NCBI GenBank assembly: GCA_964016885.1
Contig: OZ024743.1
Location: 74,338,001 to 74,402,000, forward strand
From: Eledone cirrhosa
Taxonomy: Eukaryota
Direction: 5' to 3'
DNA length: 64,000 nucleotides
Shown: positions 1 through 14,179 of the stretch, in pieces
Layout: every line of letters begins with the position of its first letter
Numbering within the stretch: the stretch's first letter is position 1
Made by a program: the position numbers and the translations under genes
Notes under the pieces: generated by a model
Databases searched by the model: none
What the model was told of the DNA's origin: nothing
The model's input: only the letters and a program-made list of their open reading frames with translations

Positions 1-182
1 GAGGAAGGATGAGATAGGAGGAGAGATGGGTGATATATAGAGAGAGATAGCTTTTATAACTGAGAAAAAATATATTGTTTTACATAGAGAGGTTGAAAAA
101 CCGTTGGAAGATAATATATAAATTAAAAGAATTTGAAAATTAACGAAGAGAAAAATAATGTTAAGTTAAGTTGTGTATATTG

Positions 183-325
183 AAGGGTTTAATAATATGT
201 GCGATGAAAAGAAATTGTTAATATGTATTAAGAATAATATTTAAGGGTTTAATAATATGTGCGATGAAAAGAAATTGTTAATATGTATTAAGAATAATAT
301 TTAAGGGTTTAATAATATGTGCGAT
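183..325. repeat. 60-bp tandem repeat x2.4
   Basis: AAGGGTTTAATAATATGTGCGATG starts at 183, 243 and 303. Confidence 0.9.
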
Positions 326-360
326 GGAACTCTTTTAACCATCTTTTGATCTTATATATT

Positions 361-518
361 TGTTTCTACTTTAGGCACAAGGCCAGCAATAACCAGTTCA
401 TTACTGGTACTTTATTTTATCGACCCCGTAAGGATGAAAGGCAAAGTCAACCTCGGCGGGATTTGAACTCAGATCGTAAAGGGACGTAACTATGCTGGAA
501 AGCATGGCGTCCGACCCG
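361..518 (-). mobile_element. 5'-truncated SINE with 16-bp TSD, nested in a family F element
   Basis: TSD TTTGATCTTATATATT at 345-360 and 519-534. Confidence 0.85.
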
Positions 519-622
519 TTTGATCTTATATATTATGTATACTCCAGTCCTACAAACTGTAGAGTGCTTCTTATCCGATATCTGCATTGCTTTATTGTAC
601 TACAATAAAACTCACCTCCTAC

Positions 623-670
<48 letters not shown>

Positions 671-753
671 TGTACAGATATTTCTGGACTACCCTAAGTA
701 TTTAGTACTCTGGTGCGTTATGGTCCATCTGGTTCCTTACCACACCTCCTTCG

Positions 754-823
<70 letters not shown>

Positions 824-1419
824 TTGTATGTAAATGCATGTGTTATTTTGAAGGTTTGCATATACTAGTATGTATAAATCATTGCAAAGCGAAGTCCTTT
901 GTTGAACTGAATTTGAACGTGAGGCAAGGTAATGTAAGCCATTCTGTGAAGCTATATACAATAGTGGATACTTCTAGTAATTTGTAGTGTATACGTACTA
1001 AAGAAAAACTGTAAAGAAACCAGAAGTATGAAAATACAGAATACAGTCTATGAAATAACTGTTTCTACATTTGGCACTAGGTTACTAATTTGAAGGAAAG
1101 GGAAAAGTCGATTAAATCGACCCTAGTACTTACTGGTGTTTTACCTTATCGACCCTGTAAGGATGAAAGACAAAGCTAATAACAAACAAGGAAAACTTTG
1201 TACATTTTTTCTTATGCACGATTTGGTATTGTTGTTTAGTCTTTTAGATTTTGTTGTTAGCAGAATTTGTACTGCATAGTTAAAGATCAATATATTTTGA
1301 GAGTGAACAATAATATTATTTCCGATACTTGATTTATTCAGAAGATATCCGATATAGTTCTACGTGAGCAACTACATCAAAATAATATCTAGATATAATC
1401 TTATAAAAACTATGGTTAA

Positions 1420-1925
1420 ATTTTCAGAAGGGAGGTAGGTGTAAAAGCCAAATTAGCTGTCTTCAATTCGGTATTCATGCCAACCCTTACCTATGGTCAT
1501 GAATATTGGCTAATGACCGAATGAATACGATCACGAATACAATTAACCGAAATGGGGTCAATCTGAAGTTTTTGGGAGTAACGTTATTCGATAGAGTGCG
1601 TAGCTCAGAGATCAGAGAGTCACTCCAGGTAGAGTCGCTACTTCTCCAAACTGAGATATCGCAGCTCAGATACTGGGGGCATGTGGTTAGAATGTCTCAG
1701 AAGAGAATCGCTGGACAGATTCTACGGTCACAACCAACTGGCAGGAGACCCAGGGGTAGACCCCGAACAAGATGGTTGGATAACATCTATGAGCTCGACT
1801 GGTCTCGCTCAGGATCCAGCTGGATCAGTTGGAAACGTTTGTTCTGACATTATCCTCTTGGAAGAGTGCTTGACGTCTCTGCCCCCACGATCCTCTCAGA
1901 AATAAGTGGACGAAGAAGAAAAGAA
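1420..1925 (+). mobile_element. RTE-clade LINE 3' fragment
   Basis: QLRYWGHVVRM...GRRPRGRPRTRW. Related fragments lie at 20110-20810 (+), 23670-24039 (-) and 28860-29340 (+). Confidence 0.8.
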
Positions 1926-1989
1926 GACATCTATAGAATTTTCGGAGATAAGTATGTAAAGAAAATTATGAGAAACATTTTCAGGGTTA

Positions 1990-2700
1990 ATCAAATGACT
2001 GATCCTTCTGCTTTATTGGGTAGGGATCTCAATTTCCTGTGCAATACTGACAAAGGAGACATAACAACATCCCATTCTATGGTAAGGAGTTCCACTCGAC
2101 TATAACACTGACTGATAAAAAACTTGCTCTTGCAACTGCCCTGATAAAAGGTGTCTTCTAAGTTTATATAGATGGCCACTAAGTTGTCAGTTGTTTCTCT
2201 GCTCTGGAGAAGAGTTCATCACAATCTGTTTTATAGAGAACATGAAGAAACTGTACTCTTCGACCAAGTCCATAATCATTCGTCGAGTAGCCATGGATGG
2301 GAGCTCAATGGTGTCAGATGAAAGTTTTAGGCATCTTCTTTGTATTACTTCGACAGATGCAATATCTTTGAAGTAGTATGATCTCCATCTTGGAGCCCCA
2401 TATACTAAAACTGAGTGACCCATTGTTGCATATAACAGTTTCACCTTTTTCTAAGTTAGTAAAACGTTTTCCCATGCCAACATTGATAATATTATTCTTG
2501 GGGGAAAGGTCGTTCGAGACGAGGATACTAAGTTCTTTTTGTTGTTTCACTTGTACGAGATAGACACTGTTCAAGATGTATCTGCATCTATAATAGGGTT
2601 GAATCTTCAAGTGAACATGCTTCAGTTTGAAAAATATCTCCATATGTAGAACAAAACCGAAGGCCTTGGCAAATTCCATATATATCACAATAAATTCGTC
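1990..2700 (-). mobile_element. CR1/L2-like LINE RT 3' remnant
   Basis: Frameshifted pieces IYMEFAKAF and LVYGAPRW...DIASVEVIQRRCLK. Confidence 0.6.
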
Positions 2701-4207
2701 AAAAGTGCCTGCTATGTCAGGTTCTCACACCTAAGTAGATTACTGCTATGACATTAAATCATTAGTCAAGACTATACAGAGGTCGGCGCAAGTTTGCTAT
2801 ACTTCTTATTTTAGTAAAAAGAAAATATGAAAGTAGAAGACAGTGTTTTATTATTTTTATCTAAGTCACAGTTTAGAGTTTAAGGAGAACGAGAGTACAG
2901 ATCAGTCATAGCCACAGACTCATGACCATTACGTCACAGTCAGTTAAGGGAACGAGAATATGTGGCCAGTTACAGCAATACACCCATAATCATTACGGTT
3001 AGTTGGTCTCTCCCCATCGATCATTCCTCCTCATTTCGGCATTTCGATTTATTTTGTTTGATACATACTAACAAAATATGTCCTCCTTCCCCCTCCATAT
3101 TGATTATTTCCCAGAACTGATTCAATTGAATTGATAAATTGAAAAGAAATATGTGTATGAATTTACGTTTATAAACATTTAGATGTATGATAAATTACTG
3201 ACGTTCGGCGTTCTATGTAAGACTTGGCTGTTTGTGAAATGTGTTTATCAAAGAAGCATGTCTGTTCAATTGTTTTAAAGCACAAATCAACAATTGTAAA
3301 TCACTTCTGTACAGCTAAAATTCATTGCCTTCTATGTTGTGTGTTTCTGCACATATAATACTTTTGAATTGTTTACATTTAACTACTTATTTCGACGTCC
3401 TATTTTAATTTGTTCGGTAGCACGAACATGGTTTATTAGACTCGAAATATGTGTACTTATATTTCTCATTCGTCAGTACTGTAGTGGCTTTCATTACACG
3501 TCTTTGCTTGCGATGAAACAGTAAATATTATAAATTGTTATATTATGTACATACGACAAATCAATGCTGTATTGAACCAAAGAGACAAAATCACTTTCAT
3601 AAACACGTCCAGTCTTAATGTGTAATTGTCTTTTGGCTGTTTTCTTGAAATTTATTTATTTTTCGTTCGCTGTGTATTTGTATACTTTGTTATCGGTATT
3701 TAATCTTCCTGCAAACAGATTTTAATGAAATATTGTTATCCCCATTAATTCTAACCCTGCCAGATTATCTCACATGTGACTTAGATAAATTATACATTCT
3801 CTCTCTAATAATCCCCTATAGGCATGTACTACGTAAGGGACGACTGTATGTGTGTGTATTGTCATGTTTCTGTGAATCTATTAACTTCTTGTTAATGTAT
3901 TATTATCACTTATTGTTAAAGGAAGTATACACGAGAGGCTGTTTTACTTTATGTTTACTGATTTGATGGAAGGTCAACTTTCTTTTCCACACTTTCTAGC
4001 TATGGGCCAGTAATATACTTCATGTTTTGACATGATCAAGATCCCTTCATATTAATGAAAATATGTAATTAATTCTCTGGTAAAATGTAATATTCTATCA
4101 CGTAAGGTATCTAGTTAAACTTAAAACAACGTGCATTTTAAAAGTGGCATTTCCTTATCACTGAAGTGTAATTAAGTATGGAAACACAATTATGATTACG
4201 ATAATAG

Positions 4208-4273
<66 letters not shown>

Positions 4274-4274
<1 letters not shown>

Positions 4275-7200
4275 GGGAAGAAGACGCACGAGGTGACGGA
4301 GGTCATGAAATCGCTCCCGTAAGTTTTGAATTTTTAACATATTTAAACCATTTGTGAAATAACAACTCTTAGTACAAATGCTACGTAAAGCACCCGGCTT
4401 GAGCCCCAAAAATTTCGGACCCAAAATATATTGTTATAAGGCTCAAATATTCAAATATTCAACTTTGTATTGTACACTGTATATCCCCCCCAAAAATGGC
4501 TATAAATGGAAGAAGAACCCCTCCCCTCCTCTCCTCTGGCTACACTATATAGGACAGCTAAACTCACCAACACCAGAAACTAGATACACCACCCACCCCA
4601 TCATCTGTGTACACTAAACACAACAGCCAGATAACGACACATTTTCACCTTCACCGCCACCGCTCACTACGGCCATCATTACCACCACTATCCCATCACC
4701 GCCGCCACCACCCCTTGACTCCGCTACAGCACCATCACTACAGTAATACGGTCACATCACCGCCACCACTGCCTCGGTATCGACATCACCACCACCACTG
4801 TCTCAGTATCGCTAACGCCGCCAGTCTCCCACTTCCCTGCTGGCTGCTACTTCCACATTATAGAATTCCTACTACTAACAAAGAGGAAGGCATCAAAATA
4901 TATAGATAGACCCAAAAGAAAAAAGAAAAAACAAACAACAAAACAAAAGCAGCACAGCAACAACAGCAAAAAACGAGAAAAACAAACAGAGAAAAACAAA
5001 AACAAAAAAAAGAAACCCCAAAAACGTAAAGAAAATAAGAATGAAGAGAGAAGCAGGCGGACGGACAGAGAAGAGGGGGGAAAAAGTAAAACTTAAAAAA
5101 CTAAAACTAAGTCAGACATTCGAACACTACATTACAATGAAACTTATGCTTATTCATTTTTGGGGCCCTTTCTGCCTGTGTGTTTGTTTGTTTATGTGTG
5201 TTCGTATACAGCGTGGTGATAATGCCACACAAGGGCCAAGTGGGATGGCGGATCCACAGATGGCTATGTAAACATACATTCGCCAATCCTCGATAAGAGT
5301 GTTTAAATATCGAACATAAACAGTTCGAATAACGGTGAAATGGAGACTAGAACGTCATGTGACAGACTCTCACCCAACAGGTGCCCCCTGGCTCAGCAGC
5401 AGGAACCTGACTGTCAACCAAATACTGCTGATGTTGGAGGAAGGAGAAGAAGGAAAGGGGCCAGAACCAACTGGACGAAAGAATTGAATAGAACTGTTAT
5501 GCAATGCTACCTGAAAAGTAACCCCAAGGAGAGGGGCTACAGGAGACGGATGCATAACATCTGGAACGAGATTGGTTTATTTAAATTAGATGAACAAAAA
5601 TTGGCCGGGCAGGCTCGGGTAATAAGAACTAATGGGTGGATAAGCGAGCTGGAACTGGAGGAACTGAGCAGAGAGAATGGCTTGGAGATGGCGGGTGTAG
5701 TATGCCAGACAAGCGAGCCGGTGGGAAATGAAGGTGAGGAGGTCCTGAGAACGGAGGAACCACCCGAAGCAGACAATGATCTGCGTACTGAGATAAATAA
5801 TACCTGGAACAGAGATACGGCCACTGCGGAGATGAATGCTGACGGGCTAGGACAAGATTCGGTTGACATCCTAAATTTAGTGGTAGATGAATTGAACAAT
5901 GATAGTGGGAGACCTATGAACCTAAGATTTGTAGACAGGAAAAAGTTAAAAGAAACAACAGCTAAGGTAAACAAAGTCATCCCATACCTTGAGGCGAGGA
6001 GCCTTCACCAGTGCAACAATATCCTCAGAGCAACAGCAAATACGGTGAGGAAACTACTTGGTATAAAAGCGAGAGGAAACAACAGACAAGAAAGAGCAGA
6101 GCCGTGGTGGAAGAAGCGACTGAGTGGGCAAATCGGGGAAATGAGAAATGACATAGGAAAGCTTGAGTCACTACTGAATGGGACACTAAAAAACATAGGC
6201 ACTAAAAATAGACTGGAAATAAAATACAAAACTAGGAGTAAAAAGCTAAATATTATCATAGAGGAATTGAAGCAACGCATTGTAGCAAAGAGTGCAAAAA
6301 TCAGGCGATACGAGAACAGAGTCAGTCAGTATAAACAGAACCGCATGTTTGACAACAACCAGAAGATGCTGTTTGGACAGCTTGAGGGCAAAGAAAGAGG
6401 CAACGACTTGATCCCTGGGGCGGAGCGAACTAAAACATTCTGGAGAGGAATATGGGAGCAGGATGTTAGACACAATGCCCAGGCAGGGTGGATTGAGACA
6501 GTACAGAGGGAGATCGGTGAGCAGGCACAGCAACAGACTGATTTGAGTATCACAGTTGAAACTCTTAAGGGGCAAGCCAAAAAACTAACCAACTGGAAAT
6601 CACCAGGCCCAGATGGTGTGCAGGGGTATTGGATTAAACATCTAACATCCCTCCACCCGAAGCTGACGGCCATGTTCAATGACTGCTTGGTGTCGGGTGA
6701 GGTGCCAGAGTGGTTGACAAAAGGTACCACAGTTCTGATAATGAAAGACCGAATCAAGGGTAATGATGCTACCAACTATAGACCTATCACATGTCTGCCC
6801 GTAATGTGGAAACTGTTGACGAGCATTGTATCTGAGGAAATCTACCATCACCTCCACACAAACAACTTGTTACCGGACGAACAGAAAGGATGCCGAAAGA
6901 AGTCACATGGTACAAAGGACCAGTTGCTTATTGATAAGATGGTAATGGGGAATTGCAGGAGGAGACACACTGATCTTGCCATGGGATGGATAGACTACAG
7001 AAAGGCATTTGACATGGTGCCTCATTCCTGGATCACCAAAAGCCTGGAGATCTTCAGGGTGGCAGATAACATCAGACAGTTGCTAGGCAGGAGTATGGGG
7101 TCCTGGGAGACAGAGTTGACATCAACTGGAGTATCCTTGGGAAGCGTGAAGATCAAGAGAGGTATCTTCCAGGGAAATAGCCTGTCCCCTCTGTTGTTTG

Positions 7201-8795
7201 TCCTTGCCCTGATGCCCTTGACCATTATGCTGCGAAAAGTGAGAGCAGGATACAAGTTGGGAAGGGGAGAGCTTACCATCAATCACCTCCTCTTCATGGA
7301 CGATCTTAAGCTCTTCGGGAAAAGTGAGAAGGAGTTGGATGTGCTTGTTGACACTGTCCGTATTTTCAGCAGTGATATATGTATGCAGTTTGGTATTGGT
7401 AAATGTGGAGTCATTGTGATGAAGAGGGGTAGGTTGAGCAGAAGTAACGGGATCCAGATACCAACAGGTGAGATGATAAAGGAAATTGACTCTGAGGAAG
7501 GATACAAGTATTTGGGCGTTCTGGAGGCTGATGGCATAAAGAACAAAAAAATGAAGGAATTGTTAAGAACTGAATACATTCGGAGAGTAAGGAGCGTATT
7601 GAAGTCACATCTGAACAGCAGAAATGCCATAAGCGCAGTAAATTCCCGAGCTGTGTCTATTATTAGGTACAGTGCGGGAATTCTGAGATGGAATGTTGCT
7701 GAACAGAAAGAAATGGATAGGAAGACTAGGAAGCTATTGACTATCTACAACATGTTCCACAAGAGGAGTGATGTCGATAGACTCTACCTAAGGAGATCTG
7801 AGGGTGGAAGAGGTCTTATCAGTATAGAGGACTGTGTTCAGATGGAGAAAAACAACCTATACAAATACGTGACCTATAGTAAGGAGCCAATGCTCAGAAC
7901 TGTACTGAAGGAGGGGACAGTAGGCCAGGGGATGTCCAAGGAGGAAATAACATCAAGGAGGAAGAGCAGCCTTAAGGGAAAACCCCTTCATAGTACCTTC
8001 TTTGAGAAAACTGAATTTAGAGATCCACAGACATGGAACTGGTTGAGAAGAGGAGACCTCAAAAAGGCTACAGAAGGAATGCTAATGGCTGCGCAGGAGC
8101 AGGCCCTCAAAACGAAGTGGTTGAAGCACCATATCTACAAGGAGGAGGCTAGCCCACTGTGCAGGATCTGTGGAGAGAGAGAGGAGACTGTGGCTCACAT
8201 TGTGTCCGAGTGTAAACACCTAGCCCAGACCCACTATAAGGGCTGGAGACACGATGTGATGGGCAGGGTGATCCACTGGCACCTGTGCAAAGTAAACAAT
8301 CTACCACATTCTGAGAAATGGTATGAGCATAGGCCAGAGGCGGTGGGTGAAGGTGCTGTGGGATTTTAGGATACAGACGGACAAAAAACTGGAACACAAT
8401 AGACCTGACCTGGTGGTTGTGGACAAAGAAAAAAGATCGTGCCTGATTGTGGATGTGGCCTGCCCGTTCGACACGAGAGTGCAAGAGAAGGAGAGGGAGA
8501 AAATTAACCGATACCAGGACCTAAAGTGGGAGGTGAAAAGGATTTGGAACTGCCATGAAGTCAAAGTGATCCCGATTGTCATAGGCGCACTGGGGACTAT
8601 CTCCAAAAGTTTCCAGGGATGGTTAAAGAAAATCGGCCCCTTCACGCTTTTTGGAACGCTTCAAAAGGCATGCTTGCTTGGAACAGCAAGAACCCTCCGA
8701 TACGTCCTGAATATCTGAGGCTGCAGGTAGTGGCTTGATATTCAATCCAACGGACTTTCCAGTTAACCAACATCAATGACTGAGATTCAAGGAAT
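4274..8795 (+). mobile_element. R4/Dong-type non-LTR retrotransposon, copy 1
   Basis: Bounded by (TAA)n at about 4211-4273 and 8796-8851. Encodes RT followed by a C-terminal CCHC finger and RLE endonuclease. Dong elements are known to target (TAA)n. Confidence 0.9.
5340..8718 (+). pseudogene. R4/Dong RT-RLE polyprotein with one frameshift near 8345
   Basis: Motifs KSPGPDG, YRPITCL, DYRKAFD, QGNSLSP, LFMDD and CRICGEREETVAHIVSEC..RHD, then PDLVVVD..IVDVACP in the shifted frame (8323-8718). A 14-nt deletion relative to copy 2 explains the shift. Confidence 0.92.
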
Positions 8796-8804
8796 AACAA
8801 TAAC

Positions 8805-8851
<47 letters not shown>

Positions 8852-11800
8852 GGGAAGAAGACGCACGTGGTGGATAGAAGGTCACGAAAGCGCTCCTGTA
8901 AGTTTTTGATTTTTAACATATTTAAATCAATTGTGAAATAACAATTCTTAGTACAAATGATACATAAAGAACCAAACTCAACTATCAGAAAATTCGGATC
9001 CATAATATTCTGTTATATCACTCAAATATTTAATTTTGTATTATACATTTTATATTCAAAAAAGAAAATGGTTATAAATGGAAGAAAACCCCCTCTGTCT
9101 ACACTATATAGAACAGCCAAATAACAGCAATTTCACCAACACCACAAACTAGATACACCACCTATCCCATCACCCCTCTGTGTACACTAAATACAACAGC
9201 CAGATAACGGCAATTTCACCACCACCACCACCACTAATCCCAGCATAATAATAATAATTACTATTATTATTGTCTCAAGTTTTCACAAAATGTTTAATTC
9301 CAATATTAAGATAATATGTCAACACATATATTAAACATACGCGACTAACCGCATAGATACGCCGATCAAACAAACTACAGTCTATTCAACAAAACTCAGT
9401 AACGACAACGCCATCACTATAGTCACCGCCGCCACCACTCCATCCATCATTGCTACCACTATCCCATCACTGCCGCCACCACTCCTTCATTGCTACCACC
9501 GCTATTCCCCCATTACCTTCTGTTAACTTACGAAAGGGGAAGGTGGCAGTATCACTAAACAATATTAATATTTAATTTTGGATCAGGAATGTTAGAGTCG
9601 AAAAGGAGGAAAATGGCAAAATGACTAAATAACTAAATAGCTAAATGGACAGAGAAGATAATTTCACCACCAACACCAACACCACTACCACGCTAAAAAC
9701 TCTAGTCAAGTTACCTCAACTTCTATTTCTACTTCAACTTCAACACCATCACTACAGTACTACGATCACATCACCCCCACCACTGCCTCATTATCGCTAC
9801 CGCCGCTATTCTCTCCCACTACCTCCTGCTAAGTACTACTAACACAGCACCACCACCACCACCACTGCCTCATTATCACTACCGCCGTTATTCTCTCCCA
9901 CTACCTCCTGCTACATCGTAGTGTCCCCACTAAAAGAGGAAGGCATCAAAATATATAAATAGACTGATTTGATGACCCGGTCAAAAAATCAAAAAACCAA
10001 AAGTCAAAATCAAAGCAGCACAACAACGAAAAACGTAAAGAAAAGAAAAATGAAAAGAAAAACAAACAGACGGACAGAGAAGGGAAGGGAAAAACTAAGT
10101 CAGACATTCAAACATTACATTACAATGAAACCTATGCTTATTCTTTTTTGTTGTTTTTTCTTTGCCTGTTTGTTTGTTTGTTTATTTATGTTCGTCTACA
10201 GCGTGATAGTGCCACACAAAAATCACCTGGAGTGACGAAATCACCGGTGGTTATGTAACCATACATTCACCAATCCTCGATAAGAGTGTTTAAATGTCGA
10301 ACCTAAACAGTTCGAATAACGGCGAAGTGGAGACTAGAATGTCATGTGACAGACTCTCACCCAGCATGTGCTCCCTGGCTCAGCAGCAGGGACCTGGCTG
10401 TCAACCAAATACTGCTGGTGTCGGAGGAAGAAGATAAAGGAAAGGGACCAGAACCAACTGGACGAAAGAATTGAATAGAACTGTTATGCAATGTTACCTG
10501 AAGAGTAACCCCAAGGAGAAAGGCTATAGGAAACGGATGCATAACATCTGGAACGATATTGGTCTATTTAAATTAGATGAACAAATATTGGCCGGGCAGG
10601 CTCGGGTAATAAGAACTAATGGGTGGATAAGCAAGCTGGAACTGGAGGAACTGAGCAGAGAGATTAGGTTGGAAATGGAGAGTGGAGTATGCCAGGCAAA
10701 CGAGCCAGTGGGAAATGAAGGTGAAGAGGTTGAGAGAACGGAGGAACCATCCGAAGCAGACAATGATCTGAATGCTGAAATAAATAATTGTTTCTACTTT
10801 TGGCACAAGGCCAGCAATTATCCCAGTGCATTACTGGTACTTTATTTTATCGACCCCGTAAGGATGAAAGGCAAAGTTAACCTAGGCGGGATTTGAACTC
10901 AGAATGGCAAGGGCCGTAACTCTATGCGTCAAAGCATGGCGTCCAACCCTCTACCGATACTGCCAATTCACTGCCAATTCACCGCCAATGCTGAAATAAA
11001 TAATACCTGGAACAAAGATACGGCCATTGAGGAGATGAATGCTGACGGGCTAGGGCAAGATTTGGTTGATATCCTAAACGTAGTGGTAGATGAATTGAAC
11101 AATGATAGGGGGAAACCTATGAACCTAAGGTTTGTAGACAGGAAAAAGTTAAAAGAAACAACAGCTAAGGTAAACAAAGTCATCCCATACCTTGAGGCGA
11201 GGAGCCTTCACCAGTACAACAATATCCTCAAAGCAACAGCAAATGCGGTGAGGAAATTACTTGGCATAAAAGCGAGAGGAAACAACAAACAAGAAAGATC
11301 AGAACCTTGGTGGAAGAAACGACTGAATGGTCAAATCAGGGAAATGAGAAATGACATTGGAAAGCTTGAGTCCTTACTGAATGGGACACTAAAAAACATA
11401 GACATTAAAAATAGACTGGAAATAAAGTACAAAACTAGGCGGAAAAAGCTAAATATTATCATAGAGGAACTGAAGCAACGAGTGCAAAAATTAGGCGATA
11501 CGAGAGCAGAGTCAGTCAGTGTAGACAGAACCGCATGTTTGACATCAACCAGAAGATGATGTTTGGACAGCTTCAAGGGACAGAAAGAGGCAACGACTTG
11601 ATTCCTGAGGCGGAACAAACTAAGACATTCTGGAAAGGAATATGGGAGCAGGATGTTAAACATAATGACCAGGCAGTGTGGATTGAGACAGTACAAAAGG
11701 AGATTAGTGAACAGGCACACCAACAAACTGATTTGAGTATCACAGTTGAAACTCTTAAGGGGCAGGCCAAAAAACTAACCAACTGCAAAGCACCAGGCCC

Positions 11801-13998
11801 AGATGGTGTGCAGGGGTATTGGATTAAAAATATAACATCCTTCCACCCGAAACTGACAACCATGTTCAATGACTGCTGGATGTCAGGTGAGGTACCAGAC
11901 TGGTTGACAAAAGGTACCACAGTTCTGGTAATGAAAGACAGAATCAAGGGTAATGATGTTACCAACTATAGACCTATCACATGTCTGTCCGTAATGTGGA
12001 AACTGTTGACAAGCATTATGTCTGAGGAAATCTACCATCACCTCCACACACACAACTTGTTACCAGACGAACAGAATGGATGCCGAAAGAAGTCCCGTGG
12101 TACAAAGGACCAGTTACTTATTGATAAGATGGTAATGAGGAATTGCAAGAGGAGACACACTGGTCTTGCCATGGGATGGATAGACTACAAAAAGGCATTT
12201 GACATGGTGCCTCATTCTTGGATCACCAAAAGCCTAGAGATCTTCAGTGTGTCAGATAACATCAGACAGTTGTTGGGCAAAATTATGAAGTCCTGGAAAA
12301 CAGAGTTAACATCAGCTGGAGAATCCTTGGGAGGCGTGAAGATCAAGAGAAGGATCTTTCAGGGAGATAGTCTGTCCCCTCTGTTGTTTGTCCTTGCCCT
12401 GATGCCCCTGACCATTATACTGCGAAAAGTGAGAGCAGGATACAAGTTGGGAAAGGGAGAGCTTACCATCAATCACCTCCTCTTCATGGACGATCTTAAG
12501 CTAATCGGGAAGAGTGAGAATGAGTTGGATGTGCTTGTTGACACTGCCCGTATTTTCACCAATGATATATGTATGCAATTTGGTATTAGTAAGTGTGAAG
12601 TCCTTGTGATGAAGAGGGGTAAATTGAACAGAAGCAACGGAATCCAGGTAACAACAGGTGAGATGATAAAGGAAATTGACACTGAAGAAGGATACAAGTA
12701 TTTGGGTCTTCTGGAGGCTGATGACATCAAGAACAATAAAATGAAGGAATTGATAAGATCTGAATATATTCGGAGAGTAAAGAGCGTATTAAAGTCACAT
12801 CTGAACAGTAGGAATGCCATAAGTGCAGTAAATTCCCGAGCTGTGTCTATTATTAGGTACAGTGCGGGAATTCTGAGATGGAATGTTGCTGAACAAAAAG
12901 AAATGGATAGGAAGACTAGGAAGCTATTGACTATCTACAACATGTTCCACAAGAGGAGTGATGCCGATAGCCTCTACTTAAGGAGATCTGAAGGTGGAAG
13001 AGGTCTTATCAGCATAGAGGACTGTGTTCAGATGGAGAAAAACAACCTACACAAATACGTGACTGATAGTAGGGTGCCAATGCTCAGAATTGTACTGAAG
13101 GAGAGGACAATAGACCAGGGGATGTCCAAGGAGGAAATAACAACAAGGAGAAAGAGCGGCCTTCATGTAAAATCCCTTCATAGTGCCTTCTTTGAGAAAA
13201 CTGAATTCAGAGATCAACAGACATGGAACTGGTTGAAAAGAGGAGACCTTAAAAAGGTTACAGAAGGAATGCTAATGGCTGCGCAAGAGCAGGTCCTCAA
13301 GAAGAAGTGGTTGAAACACCATATTTACAAGGAGGAGGCTAGCCCACTGTGCAGGATCTGTGGAGAGAGAGAGGAGACTGTGGCTCACATTGTATCTGAG
13401 TGTAAACACCTAGCCCAGGCTCACTATAAGGGCTGGAGACATGATGTGATGGGCAGGGTGATCCACTGGCACATATGCAAAGTAAACAATTTCCCACATT
13501 CTGAGAAGTGGTATGAGCATAAGCCAGAGTCGGTGATAGAAAACGATTAGGTGAAGGTGCTGGGGATTTTAGGATACAGACGGACAAGAAACTGGAACAC
13601 AATAGACCTGACCTGGTGGTTTTGGACAAGGAAAAAAGATCGTGCCTGATTGTGGTTGTGGCCTGCCCATTCGACACGAGAGTGCAAGAGAAGGAGTGGG
13701 AGAAAATTAACCGATACCAAGACTTAAAGTGGGAGGTAAAAAGGATTTGGAACTGCCATGAAGTCAAAATGGTACCGATTGTCATAGGCGCACTAGGTGC
13801 TATCTCAAAAGGTTTCCAGGGATGGTTAAAGAAAATTGGCCCCCGCCACGCTTTTTGGAACGCTTCAAAAGGCATGCTTGCTGGGAACAGCAAGAACCCT
13901 CCGATTCGTCCTGAATATCTGAGGCTGCAGGTAGTGGCTTGATATTCATTTCAACAAACTTTCCAGTTAACTAACATCAATGACTGAGACTCAAAAAA
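8852..13998 (+). mobile_element. R4/Dong-type non-LTR retrotransposon, copy 2 (decayed, SINE-interrupted)
   Basis: Has the same 5' start GGGAAGAAGACGCACG directly after (TAA)n and is colinear with copy 1. ORF fragments lie at 10471-10896, 10924-11559, 11535-13550 and 13616-13942. Followed by (TAA)n at about 14000-14085. Confidence 0.9.
10789..10986 (-). mobile_element. tRNA-derived SINE inserted in Dong copy 2 with 18-bp TSD
   Basis: TSD AATGCTGAAATAAATAAT at 10771-10788 and 10987-11004. A-box TGGCAGTATCGG and B-box GTTCAAATCC on the minus strand. Absent from copy 1. Confidence 0.92.
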
Positions 13999-13999
13999 C

Positions 14000-14087
<88 letters not shown>

Positions 14088-14179
14088 TTGAAGATCCTGT
14101 TAAAGGTGAAAGCAGCGATTCTTTGCTTAAACTTTAATCTGTTATTTTAATATATATATATATATATATATACACATCT

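Noticed and set aside
4274-4330. HDV-like ribozyme at the Dong 5' end
   Set aside because: I could not build the nested double pseudoknot by eye in either copy.
5370-13893. Antisense ORFs over the LINEs
   Set aside because: Shadow frames of the RT ORFs.
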